Origin: the human T2T-CHM13v2.0 reference genome, Homo sapiens
DNA length: 64,000 nucleotides
Assembly (NCBI RefSeq): GCF_009914755.1
Contig: NC_060925.1
Direction: 5' to 3' (one strand)
The translations under genes were made by a program, and so were the position numbers. Below the pieces are notes generated by a model. The model searched no databases and had not been told where the DNA came from. It worked only from the letters and a program-made list of their open reading frames with translations. Of this stretch, positions 15,215 to 29,344 are shown piece by piece. The first letter of the stretch is position 1. Every line of letters starts with the position of its first letter.

Positions 15215-18200
15215 TATCTGTGCTTGCATGTCACAGCAGAGAGAAGTAAGTGCGTATGAAGTGCGGCGTGTGCACAAGCAGTGAGCTGATGAAGAAAAAC
15301 CTCTCTCCCCAAACAGTGAGCTGCTGCCATGAGCAGGACACATAGGTTCCTCTGTTCCAACTTCTGCCCCTACATTTACAGCACTAGAGTGCATTTATGT
15401 GAATAGGCTCATATGTTTAACAAGCATTTTGAAATAGGTTCCCAATAAAATATATTTGTACAAGAATACAAAACAAAGATACAGTACTTGTATTCAAGAC
15501 CTGGACAGAAGGCCCCTGTCTGAAACACATTAAAAAATAATTTCTAAAGTAAAATTAGGACTAGAAGCCAAAAGAATACATTGCTTTAGGAAGAAAAAAA
15601 GAAAAAATCACCTTGATACAGAGTCAAATCTTTCTTGTTTGAGTCTACATGTACTAGCAGTTTTACTATCTAAAGTTCTTACTGTTTAGAGTTCTCTCAC
15701 ATTTTCTGCAAAATGACTTGGAAATTCTCCAAGATTTGTTTATTATACTAATAAGATATTTAAACTCACAGAATCCTTATTAAGAAAATCTACCTTTGCC
15801 CCTCAACAATTTCAAATCATCACCCGAACATTCAAACTAACATGTAAAAATAAAAACCAAAAAATAAAAAATAAAAATGAAACAATGATAATGTCAATGA
15901 ACTTGAAAGCAAAGCATTTCCACTTAATGTGTGTTTATTAACAGAGAAAGAAATAGTGACGCCAATACAGCTTCAGAATAGGATTTTGGAAATATTTTTT
16001 CAAGGCAAGGACAAGCAGCCCTGAATATGAAATGACATTATTACTAAATTCAACATCTAAAGATTTTGGAAAGCTTTTTTTATGATTCTGATATGTCACA
16101 CATTTAATCTCTCATTTAAGAATAAAACACCATTAATTTGTGGTGAACTACCAAAGAATAATTTTCCAAAAAGAATAGTCAAAAATTAGAAAATAGAGTA
16201 AAACAGAGGTTAATCAACTCAAACGATGACTTTTTTCTTCTCTTTTCCTTCATCAGATGTTTCCTGTGATCCTGTGCAAAACCTGATGTTGTGACATTAG
16301 TAGTCGTTGGACTTGAGGATACATGGTGCACAAAAGGAAGCTTGTCCTTTTGGGACCTGGTTTTGAATCAGTTTCAGACGACAGAAAAATACGCTTTTGT
16401 GGCTGCTAAAGTTCAGGAATGAATTCTGGCAGTCTTACCCAATTCCCTAAAGCAGAGTCCACATTACCAACATCTAATTGGCAGGCTTTGCTTGTAACTC
16501 CCACTAGGGCCAGGGTAATGAATGGATTTAGTGAAGGTGTCCTGAGTCATCTGTACAGTGGCTGGTCTGGGCACTAAGGCTTTTCCTTATAACCTCCCCA
16601 GACATGTCACTCAAGGAGAAGAGAGAGAGGCTTATGTGCACACATAATGGGGACAAGACACAGCAGTTTTATTAAATTGTAGTCCCAAAGAGAATTGTTC
16701 TCCTTATTTGATCTAGAAAAGTAAAGAAGTCTTAGGAAAAAAAAACATATTCTTGTTGAATCACTTTATTCTTTAATTTCCATTTTATAAACTTTTATAT
16801 TTGGCTTGAATATTCAACTATGGTTGAATGGGACTTCATCCAGGCCTACTCCAGATTATTCTTTAGGCAGGCAGGGAAGAAATTTGGACCATTTCTGTCT
16901 AGAAAAGCATCTAAGGGTTTACTTTTATTACTAAGTAACTTTTATTCCCTATGTCTGAGAGAGAGAGAAAGAGTTTGGTTACTCCTAGTTTCATACATAC
17001 CAATAGCATTAAATGTTTAATGTTGATTCATCATTATTATGTTAATTTTAAAAATCATTTATGCCAAATAGTTTGAATGTAGTATTACATCTCCTCTTCA
17101 GTAAAGTTCCACCAGTCTCCCAAATCCAGCAATCAAGATTGGACATTGACAACTTCAGTGCCAATAATAGGGCCTCTCTCAAATTAGGAGCATAGGAGAG
17201 AGGTTGAGAACAAGAAGAAAATGGCAATCATGGAAAATTTAAAAAGTGATTTGTTGATGTTAAAGAAAACACTCTCACTTTCTACCAAGAGAATTTTGAT
17301 GAAGTAGTATTGCTTATTTTCTTAACAAGCATTTTTAACACTGATTCCTCTTGAACTCATGTATGAGAGACATTGCTCTCTGAAAGTCACAGGGAATTGT
17401 ATCTTTAGAGTATTTTCAAGCATTGCTATGTTCTTAAGCCCCCTTCATTTCCCAGAAGCAAAAATCAACACATATATGACACTCCAATTTTTTTAATGAA
17501 TAAAAAGATAAAATAAAGTCTAAGGAACAAAATCCACATTGAAAAGTTAGGTGCTTTGAACTTTCTCATCACCTTACCAGTGTTTCCGCACGGGCAGTCT
17601 AAAAGACAACTCAGCAATGTCTGAATGGAACTGCAAACAATGGCTCCTTCACAAGTTGGTCTTTAATTGATTACGGCTGTGTTTATGGAAGCAGAAGAGA
17701 ATTTACACAAAATGACAGATTCCCTTCATTCTGAGGGCGTTTTACTGGCATTCATGGTAAGGATGGTTTTTCTATTGAACAGTCTTCCTCTCTTTCCCTA
17801 CCTATATCCACCTGGTTGCCATCTAACTGAAAAGGCTATAAGTTGATTACTTTATATCACTTTTTATTAGTGTTTTCTGCTCAGTTTTTTTTTTTTTTTA
17901 ATGGGTAAAATTCACACTTCCTAGGATACATCTCAAGTTCAGAGAATTCAAACAAGGTCTGGTTTCCCTTTGCTTGTCATAGATTCTTATATTAAATACT
18001 AGAGAAGATAATTAAATAGAAAAGTATTAAAACTCAATTCAGTAGGGTCTGTCTTCTGTCAATTTGCTTAAGGAACTATGGAAATTGGAAGTTTAGGAAA
18101 TCATATGATTTGGCTAATTTATTCAGGTAGTAATATCTACTTTAATCATTTAACTATCTAAAAATATAATTTTAAAGCTGTGTTACATTTTATGATGTCT

Positions 18201-19529
18201 TAGTGCCAGGTAGTGTTATAATCTTTCTACTAATTTGGAGCAGACAGAAATTAAAATTTAGCTATTTAACCTGTAATTGCAAAAAGCTTTTCATTTGTCT
18301 GTTAATAGTGACCTCTACAGGTCAATCATAACAATAGCATAGAATCCCTAGGTAGCTGCTCTAGACTCAAGATTTATTTAGTGAACAGTGGTATAATTGT
18401 ACTATTAAACTTAAAATATCTTAGACCCTCAGTGCCAAACTATATTTTAAATTTTTAAGCTCAAGACAAGAATGTAATTGTCTTATATACATTTGTGGAG
18501 TCTAATTTCAAAACAAACTAATACTTGACAAGGTCTTAGCTGATTTAGTCAAAGAGAATTAATAAATTTTGAAGAAATAGCTTAGAAGCAGAAAACCCCA
18601 AAGTGTATGTAATGTTAATCTTTTTATAATGTAAAATTAAGAAGACAACATTATATTATAGATTCTTTTTCTGAAAAGTATGTGAATATGGAAAGTTGAC
18701 ATAAAAAAATGAATCTATCTTACCTCAGAGCTTTGACAGTATGTTTTTTCTTATTCACCAAGGAATTACTTTTAAAACAATACTACAAATGAGTAATTGT
18801 GGAACATTTGCATTTATAAGACTACATTGTACACTATTGTTTTCTTAATATGTGACTAATGCATGGTTTTTAAATGACAATGTACTTCGATAAGTCCACA
18901 CAAGTTAAAGTATCCTGGTTTGAAATACTAAATTTGATAAGTTTACACAAATAAACTGAGAAACATTTCAATATTGCTACATGTAATTAAATTATATATT
19001 GGACTTTTATTCTAAAACTTTCTTTTACTCAAGTCAGCTAAAAAAATATTCAATTAAATAACTAAGCTTTCTAGTTTTGATGTTATTTTTCTCTAGTTAA
19101 ACTGGATGTTCTAATGAACCGCTGAAAACTATAAATTCATACATCACATTGTTCTGACTCCAAACTCTTATTCTTTCATCTACTTCCTGTATTTTTGACT
19201 TCACTGAGCCATCATGTTCACTGAAATCTCTATATTTTTCCTAGCCATGGCACTCTCTTGTTAATACCTTACATTCCTTGACTCTATTCTATTTGTGCCA
19301 CTAGGCTAGCAGAACTCCAACCCTCAATGTCTGCTTTTCTACCTTGGTAGGCCTATTCTCAGAAGGAGGAACTTGACAATATGAGAATATGATTAAGAAA
19401 TACAAGTATTTCCCAGTAAAATGAGGCAGAATCTCTTGAAAATAACAAGATATGATTGAAATATCTTTGGCTTTCTGAAGTTAATTTTAGTCAATATTAA
19501 ATGAATTTTTGCTCTCCCATTTACTTGCT

Positions 19530-19675
19530 AAGACTCCCTCTAAGCCTCAATTTCCTCTTGTGTAAAATGAGCATAAAAATATCTATATCATAGAAAAATT
19601 AGTATGAGTGGATGCTTAATATTTGAAAAGCACTTGGAATAGTGCTTGGCACAGAGCTTTATATGTGTTAAAGAA
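19530..19675 (+). mobile_element. MIR fragment
   Basis: ctctaagcctcaatttcctc..tgtaaaatgag..aaagcacttggaatagtgcttggcaca. Confidence 0.75.
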
Positions 19676-19916
19676 ACTGATTCTACTAAAATTCACACAA
19701 CAGTAATGAGTCAGAATTTTGAAAAATCTTGGAAGTACTCATTCTGTCTCATGTCTTTAAAAATGTTCTGCTTCTAATCTTGCCATTAAAAATGGAAACC
19801 TATTTTTATGCATGCCACATACATTTCACTAATTATGTTATTAACTCTGTAGTGCATTTTTCAATAGAATACTGAAAATGATATTTACTATATTTTTATT
19901 TTAAAATTATGCATAA

Positions 19917-20670
19917 TCACCTCACATCCATTAGAATGGCTACTATTAAAACTAACAAAGAAAATAAAAAAAAAAAAAACAAGTGTTGGCAAGCATGTAG
20001 AGAAATTGGAACTCTTGTGCATTCTGGTAGGAATGTAAAATTGTGCTGTGGCTATAGAAAATAGTGCGGAGATTCCTCAAAAAATTAAAAATAGAATTAC
20101 CACATGATCCAGCAATCCTACTTCTGGGCACACGTCTAAAAGAATTAAATGCAAAATATCAAAGATATATTTGCATATTGTGTTTTTTTATAGCAGTACT
20201 ATTCACAATAGCCAAGAGGTGGAAGCAATCCAAATATCCACTGATAGATAAGTAAATAAAAAATGCAATATTTACACACACACACACACAATGAGATATT
20301 ATTCAGCTATAGAAAGGAAGGAAATCCTGTTACATACATGGAATGTATGTAACACATGGAATAACCTTGAGGACATTATACTAAGTGAAATAAGCTAGTT
20401 ACAAAAACACAAATAATATATGATTCTAGTTATATGAAGTATCTAAAGTAATCCAATTTATAGATAAAGAAAGTAGAATGGTGGTTGCCAGCAGCTACAG
20501 GGAAAGGGAAGTGGGGAGTAGTTAATGGATATAGAGTTCCAATTATGCAAAATAATGATGTTCTGGAGATCTGTTGCACCACAGTGAGAATATACTTAGC
20601 ACCTCTGAACTGTGCACTTAAAAATGGTTAAGATGGTACATTTCTGTATGTTTTTTTACCAATATTAAAA
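19917..20670 (+). mobile_element. L1MA/L1MB-type 3' end
   Basis: ORF2 C-terminus (RFLKKLKIELPHDPAILLLG) plus 3' UTR ending cacttaaaaatggttaagatgg; candidate TSD aaaattatgca at 19903 and 20676. Confidence 0.88.
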
Positions 20671-21424
20671 TTTTAAAAATTATGCAATATTTTAAGCATA
20701 AAGGAAATTTTCCAAAATAATATATTAAGCATCCCTGCGCGCATCACATACATAAATACTACGAACTTAAGATTAGAGAAGTACTTCCTGGATCTTCTTG
20801 CCTGAATGTCATGAAGATCTGTATTCTGAATATAAGAACCTGTTATAAAAAAGGGTTTGGAGGGAGAGAGCAGATATATAAATATATAAATAATCTGATA
20901 AGGCTCAATTTAGCAGTAGATATAAGGTAGTCTAGATGATGAAAAGATGTTCTGAATTCAGATATTTTGTAGAATGCATTCAGGTACATTGCAGAAGTGA
21001 TAAAATTTTGTTTAATGATGTCACTTTTTCTGTCCCCCAAACTCTCACCAAAAATGCCTAATTCTTTAGAATAAGTTCCATGAGAACAAAGCAAAAAGAA
21101 TATCTGTAGGAAAATATTAAAGGTAGCTTCACTTTATTTCAAAATCTCATGGCAGATTGCATACCTAATCCATCTATTTATCAATCTGACCAATTCTGAC
21201 CTGGGATGATTGAAATACACACAGTAACACATTTAATTTATTTTTTAAATAAAGGTAGACTTATAGACAAACAGTAGGCAGAATCTGGTTGATTTGTTAG
21301 ACAATGAAGATTGTGCTAATTAAATTAATGTTATTTTTCATATATTTAAAAAATAATTCAAAAATATTTAAGGAGTTTGATAAAATAAAAATATTTTTAT
21401 AGAATATTAAATTAGCAATTATTA

Positions 21425-21905
21425 TTCTGGCTCCTTTTGCTTAATTGTTCCTTCCTCGATTTATCACTTTCCTCTCATATTTTACTATAAGCAGCAAAAA
21501 GAAACCAGGACACACTTTCCATACTTTCACAGAAATCTCTTCAGCTTAGTATTCAAGTTCATAACTTACGAGTTAACTTTCCACCCACTGACAGAATATA
21601 ATTCAGCCAAGTTTTCTGCTACTTTATACCAAAGACTGCCTTTCTTCCTATGTCTAATAACATGTTCTTTATTTCCAGCTGAGCCCTCACCAAAATCTTT
21701 TTTAACATCCATATTTTTATCAATAGTCTTTTCAAGACAATCTAGGATTTTTCCATCATTCATTTCAAAAGTCTTCTAGGCTGTACACAGTACTCAATTC
21801 CAAAGCCACCTCCACTTTTTTAGCGTTTGTTACAGCAGCCTACTCTATACCCTACTGTCAGTATCAAAATCTGTATTAGTTTCTTAGAGTTGCCAAAATA
21901 AAATG
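21425..21905 (-). mobile_element. MaLR (MLT1) internal 5' segment plus LTR stub
   Basis: Minus-strand peptide KGSLWYKVAENLAELYS is MaLR-internal-like; junction cagtatcaaaatc|tgtattagtt. Confidence 0.75.
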
Positions 21906-22481
21906 GTTCTGAACAAGGATTTTCAAGGGACTCTGGACAACCTAGTACAGTAGGCATTAAATTGCCAAGGCATTTTTCATGTTATTAAAGTGGATTTTTT
22001 AAAAAATGAAGTGTTTATAATACACAATGACAATTACATACTTTTGCAACTTATTAAACTTTCAGCTTATAATAAAAAGTTTAGAAGTCAACTTAGAATA
22101 TGTGTGGTACATAATTTTTCAAAATTATTTGGAGTTGCAGCACTTAGAATAAATACAATTATATAGTGCAAAAGCTTCTTTTTTTTGGAAACTCGAGGAG
22201 GTTTTAATAAAATTACCATATGATACAGGACTTTAATATACCATTTTAGGATTCAGAACAAGTCAAAGGTACACAAGCATATATAAATATGAAAAGTTTT
22301 AGAATAATTAATGGGAAAATTAAGATGTATGTTTGTGACACGAAACTCTTAAAGTGTAACAAATTTTCCATATGATATTGATTGGTATTCAGTAGTTTGA
22401 CCACACTGAGATTTGTCTGTCATCAATATGATCCAATACACTTGAATGAAATAGAATGGGGATAGAAAAAGTCTAAAATAG

Positions 22482-22911
22482 TAAAAGGTGAAAGATTTAT
22501 ATGACTTGAAGAGAAACCAGAAACATATGAAAAAATGCTCAGCATCACTAATGATCAGGGAGATGCAAATCAAAACCACAAGGTGATACCACCTTAATCC
22601 TGCAAGAAGAGCCATAATCAAAATTCAAAAAATAATAGATGATGGCGTGATGCAGTGGACAGGGAACACTTCTATACTGCTGGTAGGAAGTACAGCCACT
22701 ATGGATAGCAGTGTGGACAGTCCTTAAAGAACTAAAAGTAGAACTACCATTTGATCCAGCAATCCCACTACTGGATATCTACCCAGAGGACAGTAAGTCG
22801 TTATCTGAAAAAGATACTTGCGCACACATGTTTATAGCAGCACAATTTGCAATTGCAAAAATGTGGAACCAACCCAAATGCCCATCAATCAACAAGTAGA
22901 TAAATAAACTA

Positions 22912-22961
<50 letters not shown>

Positions 22962-23324
22962 AAATAATACTCAGCCATAAAAAGGAATGAACTAATGGCA
23001 TTCACAGCAACCTGGATGAGATTGGAGACTATTATTTTAAGTGAAGTAACTCAGGAATGGAAAACATCGTATGTTCTCACTCATAAGTGACAGCTAAGCT
23101 ATGAGGGTACAAAAGCATAAGAATGACACAATGGACTTTGGGGGCTCAGGGGAAAAGGGTGGAAAGCAGGTGAGGGATAAAAGACTACAAATTGGATTTA
23201 GTGTATACTGCTCAGGTATTGTGTGCACCAAAATCTCACAAATTACCACTAAAGAAATTACACATATAACCAAACACCACCTGTTCCCCAATAACCTATG
23301 GAAATACAAAAAGAAAGAAAAAAA
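22482..23324 (+). mobile_element. 5'-truncated L1PB1 with internal (TA)22
   Basis: ORF2 end ([17 protein letters not shown]) and L1PB 3' UTR (ctgttccccaataacctatggaaa); TSD agaaaaagtctaaaatag at 22464-22481 and 23325-23342. Confidence 0.92.
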
Positions 23325-23534
23325 AGAAAAAGTCTAAAATAGATTTTATTCACGATGTAATGAAGTACAACTTACCTACTGTAACCAGTTTTATTTTTCT
23401 ATATCCATACCTTGCAAGGGATATATGTTTCTTGTAGCTATGGAAGCATTCAGAGCTTTTCATAAAGTTTGATTTGACCCAACTGTCTTATAAGAACATC
23501 TTCTGTTAAGGAGATATTGTTACTGCTGCTAAAG

Positions 23535-24382
<848 letters not shown>

Positions 24383-24449
24383 TGCTAATGGAATCATTTT
24401 TGGAACATAAGAAACCATATCTGAGTTGTCTTAAAAAAAAAAAAACACT

Positions 24450-24860
24450 GCTGAGTTTTTATCAAGCAGTGGAAGTGGAGAAGGGTATTTCAGGCATAGG
24501 ATATGGAATGAGCAAATGCATGTGGGCATGAGAGAGCATGGTTAATTGGAAGAAGAGCAAATGGTACAGTCTGACTGCAGCTTAGGCTACTCTGGGAGAA
24601 TGTAGAATGTGGGACCCAGATTATAAAGGTGGATTAAGGAGATGGTGCTAGGTAGAGGGCAAAAGCAGCCTGGGAGGTCACTTACGAGGCCTGATAAAAG
24701 CCAATAGCTGTTCAGAAAGCTTTATTTTAAGAGTTAGTAGGGATGTAGAATCAATTAGATTTTGTGATGTGAAAATCAAGTGGGGAAAAAGTTCTAAAAT
24801 TAACTCAAGATATATGGGTTGGGTAGCTATTGGCCCCAATGGAGATGAGAAAAGAAAAAG
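24450..24860 (-). mobile_element. L2 fragments
   Basis: aagggtatttcaggcatagg..gcaaatgcatg..catgagagagcatgg is antisense L2-like. Confidence 0.55.
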
Positions 24861-24886
24861 CATCTTTAACATTTTCAGGTTCTATG

Positions 24887-24887
<1 letters not shown>

Positions 24888-24930
<43 letters not shown>
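24888..24930. repeat. (GT)n microsatellite
   Basis: About 21 uninterrupted GT units. Confidence 0.97.
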
Positions 24931-24932
<2 letters not shown>

Positions 24933-25941
24933 TTGTGTGTATGTATGTTGGAGAAATAGAAAATGAGACTGACTCACCTTTTTTATTATGAGGCAACAGG
25001 TACATAGATATTCATGAAAAAAGGGTTCATGTTGTTCCCAGTTTTTTGACATTTATCATTAGAAATAATTTCTAAAAATCATCAAAACTTTGACAAGCTT
25101 CAGAATAACAATAAAATAGATAAATGAGGCAGACCTCCTAAAATGTGATACAAAGACATGGAAGCTTATTTATCCACCTTTTTCTAGAATATCATATTAA
25201 AGAAAAAACAACGGGCTTAAGGCTATGAAATTTGACTTCCAACCCACAACTCACTAGTTTTGTAACCTTCAGTGGGTCCAAGGCTCAGTTTTCATAACAA
25301 TATGTTTCTTCAGTCTCTAAAAACTCTGTAATGTTAATCTTTTCCTTGTGTTTTTTTCTGAACTAGACATTATTTTTCTCCATTTAAATTTTTAGAGCCT
25401 TACCCCATGTATTCTTAGGTGAATTCCTTTAAACCCACAGTTGGAATTAGACATCTTTGAATACCCGCCTTCATTTTACTTCATTCTTCAAGTGCAATAA
25501 ATAGTAGAAAATAATGAATTACAATTGCTTTTTGTATAATATTTATACTCATACAATTTAAAAATATAATTTAATAGGTAGGTATACAAATTAATGTATG
25601 CTTGATTTTTTTAATGTTGACAAAATTATGAATAATTTAATTATTTTTTTTAATAACATGCAATACTCCATAAAACGTACAGTATTTATTATGCTATATC
25701 GGTAAACACATTTTTCTGGAGAATGTTATTTTTTAGAACTTTATTTTTTAAGCCTTTAATGTAGTGCTTGAAGAATTAGAAATACAGGATGATGAAGCTA
25801 CAGGTGTGAACAGCCTTTAATTACTCCAATGTAAATTAAATTTATAGTTTTGAAAAAACCTAAAGGATTAATCTATGTTTAGTTCTAACACTTCAGAATT
25901 TCCATTTATTTCTTAATTTATAAAAAATTCTACTTAGGTTA

Positions 25942-26350
25942 GGCCAGGTGTGGTGGCTTATGCCTGTAATACCAGCACTTTGGGAGGCCAAGGCGGGTAG
26001 GATCACTTGAGGTCAGGAGTTCGAGACCAGCCTGACCAACATGGTGAAACCCCCCCATCCCTACTACAAATATAAAAATTAGCTGGTTGTGGTGTCACAC
26101 ACCTGTAATCCCAGTACTCAGGAGACTGAGGCAGGAGAATTGCTTGAACCCAGGAGGCGGAGGTTGCAGTGAGCTGAGATCCCACAGAAAGTGGACCTTA
26201 AGTGGTAATGTGAGCTATGGGGAGTGACTGTACATACAGATGAAGTTTTACCCACTCACCCACCACTCACCTCCCGCTTTGTGGCCACTGCACTCCAGCC
26301 TGAGCAATAGAGTGAGATTCTGTCGCAAAAAAAAAAGAAAAAAAGAAAAG
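25942..26350 (+). mobile_element. AluS carrying a ~103-bp MER1A-derived insertion in its right arm
   Basis: Full Alu; 19-bp TSD aaaaattcta(c/a)ttaggtta at 25923-25941 and 26351-26369; non-Alu block at 26184-26286. Confidence 0.95.
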
Positions 26351-26816
26351 AAAAATTCTAATTAGGTTAAGCACTCAAGGGTTTCCATAAAATTTTCATT
26401 TTTAATCCAACATTATTAAAATTATCAAATTTTTTATCAATTTCAGTTTATAAATAACATGAATTTTTACATTAATGATAGTGATAAGATGGATATATAG
26501 AATCCATAAGTAATCCAAAACCTTATTTCAACCAATGTCCTACTTTCCACGCTATTTATGAGTACTAATAAGAAATATTATAATTTCCTATATTGATATT
26601 TTTATGTTCTATTTCCTCTGACAAAGACTGAAAGAATTATGAATATCAAAAATTCAGGATAAGTTATGTCAAGTCAAATAATTTGTTTCCAGCTGTAAGG
26701 GATTATTAAATTTGTGGTTAAAACATTTAAAGTTTGAGTAAATTTTTTCCTTTTTGTTAAAGTTTCGACGTCAGAGATAAATATTTGATTTGAATTCTTT
26801 GCACAGGTTACTTGAA

Positions 26817-27298
26817 GTGGTAAATTCCACAAATGGCCACAGTTTTTTGCAATTCTTTCTATAAAAAAGTGAAGTGGTTTCTCTATCTCTTTAATTCAAG
26901 CATGGCTAGTGGTTTACTTTGGCTAGAAGAACATGCCAGAAGTACTATTCAGTAAGTTCCAAGAATGGACTTCAAGAAGCTTTGCAATTTCTTCTCTTGC
27001 TCCTGAAATTCTGACACCATCACATGAATGATCTCTGACCAGTGTAGTGAAAGGTTGAAACAATGTCAGAAGCTTATCATTCCTGTTTTCCTCATAAAAC
27101 CATCATAAAGGAGCCAGCCCCAGCCAATATACAAAATGATCATAGACACTTGCGAAAGGTTTGTCAAGATTAGCCAAGTGTAGCCCAGACCAGAAGAACT
27201 GCCCAGTGGAGGCCAGCCTGGAATCATAAACAAAATACATAGAAATTTTAAGCTATTAACTTGTGGGGTAGTATGTTATGAAGCAAAGGCTAACTGAT
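26817..27298 (+). mobile_element. MLT1 (G/H-type) MaLR solo LTR
   Basis: ccagaagaactgcccag..ttttaagcta..ggggtagtatgttatgaagcaaaggctaactgat 3' end. Confidence 0.75.
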
Positions 27299-27860
27299 GA
27301 AGTTGATAAAACTTTTATGTACTATAGATTTCATATTAACAAAAATGTTGACATCTATAATGTTGATGATCTGTTCTGGAATATTGTAGAATCGAACTAT
27401 TAATTCAATGACAAAATTCCAAAAATGGCTAGAAGAGTACCATCATAAAAATACATAACTATAAATCTGTATCTCTCATTTGTTGAATTTGGCCACAGTT
27501 AGTGTCAGTTATTGTGCTCCTGGGAATATGTCATTTCCTTTCTACATCTGTCTTTGCACATCCAGGTACTTATTGGGGGAAGTCTTCTTATCCTGTAGGA
27601 CAAAGTTAATGACATAGACATGTAAAGGGGAAGTCAGGTGCGGCTGTAGGAAAGTAGTTGTATGAGACTAGAGATAAATTAAGCATTACTTTCCTATCAC
27701 TCTGGTAATGGTCTCAAATCTCTGTGGGCCTTCTATTTCATGTGCTGTAGATTATAAAACATGGGACAGAAATTCTAACTTTATCCAGGCTCAGAAGAAA
27801 ATAGTACTTGCTTATGCAGGGTGTACTGTTTTTACAAGCCATTTCTGAGATGGGAAACTA

Positions 27861-27908
27861 TTAGGTCAGTGCAAAAGTGATTGTGGTTTTTGCTATTACT
27901 TTTAATGC
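27861..27908 (+). mobile_element. MADE1 (Hsmar1 MITE), one arm
   Basis: TA then ttaggtcagtgcaaaagtgattgtggtttttgctattacttttaatg. Confidence 0.8.
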
Positions 27909-28248
27909 AACAAAGTTCTACAACATCTAGTAAAATTAGAGCTTTGATATTAAATTAATCCCATGAATTTTCACAACCTGATTGTTTTGAGTGTGTTTAT
28001 ACTGCAGAAATTTCATCAATAACTTCATGTGATACAATTGATCCTTGGCCAGGGAGATACTGACTTCCAAGAGTACTGTTTTCCATAAGTACTGTCTTCT
28101 ATTTTTAGCCTAAGTTAGGGTGGGACACCCTGAATTAAAAGTCATTGATGCATTAATGATATCACCTCATGTTTATCTGTTAGGTAATAGTCTTGAAAAC
28201 ATTTCCATTTAATTGTCACAAAAGTTCTGTTTTACCTCTAGAAATTTA

Positions 28249-28440
28249 TTCCTTCTTTCTTTTTCTCTTCCTTTCTTCTTTCCTTTCTCCCTCTCTTCCT
28301 TTTTTCCTTCCTTCCTTCCTTTGACTCTTTCTTTTCTTTTCCTTTCTTTTTTCTTTTCTTTTCTTTTGTCTTTCCTTATTTCCTTCCTTCTCTCTTTCTC
28401 TCTTCTTTCTTTCCTTTGTATCTTTCTCTCTTTCTTTCCC
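28249..28440. repeat. Polypyrimidine (CTTT/CCTT) low-complexity tract
   Basis: About 190 bp almost entirely C/T on the + strand. Confidence 0.95.
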
Positions 28441-28442
28441 AT

Positions 28443-28818
28443 TGCATTAGCCCATTTTCACACTGTTATAAAGACATACCCGAGACTGGATAATTTGTAA
28501 AGGAAAGAGGTTTAATTGACTCACAGTTCCACATGGCTGGAGAGGGCTCAGGAAACTTATAAACATGGCAGAAGGCAAAGGGGAAACAAGGACCTTCTTC
28601 ACAAGGCAGCAGGAAAGAAAGAGGAAAGCCCAGGGGAAACTGCCATTTACAAAACCATCAGATCTCGTGAGAACTCACTCATTATCACTTGAACAGCATG
28701 GAGAAGACCGCCCCCATGATTCAATCACTTCATACCAGGTCCTTCCCTTGACACATGGGGATTGACGGGATTACAGTTTAAGATGAGATTTGGGTGGGGA
28801 CACAGCCAAACCATATCA
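28443..28818 (-). mobile_element. THE1 (THE1D-like) solo LTR
   Basis: tgcattag...cagccaaaccatatca; 5-bp TSD cccat/ccaat. Confidence 0.92.
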
Positions 28819-28921
28819 CCAATGTTAGAAAAAAATGAGAAAGTAGAGCTGAAATACCTAGTTTATTAATTATACTGAATATGACCAAAATAAGCAAGAA
28901 ACACTGAAAGACTGAAAGCTA

Positions 28922-29233
<312 letters not shown>

Positions 29234-29344
29234 TTATTTACAAATAGTCAACATAAAGACGGTGAAAAGTCAAGCCATACGTAGAAAAATACACTTGTTG
29301 CATAAATTTGATGAAGTGTTTATTTGCAGAATATGTAGCAACCA

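Noticed and set aside
21930-22150. Possible hAT-Charlie terminal fragment
   Set aside because: Resemblance too vague; no TIR or TSD pair identified
22913-22956. (TA)22 as a special element
   Set aside because: Ordinary expansion of the tatata seed in the L1PB ORF2 end
28209-28500. Lys/Arg/Glu-rich and Phe/Leu/Ser-rich ORFs
   Set aside because: Translation artefacts of the polypyrimidine tract
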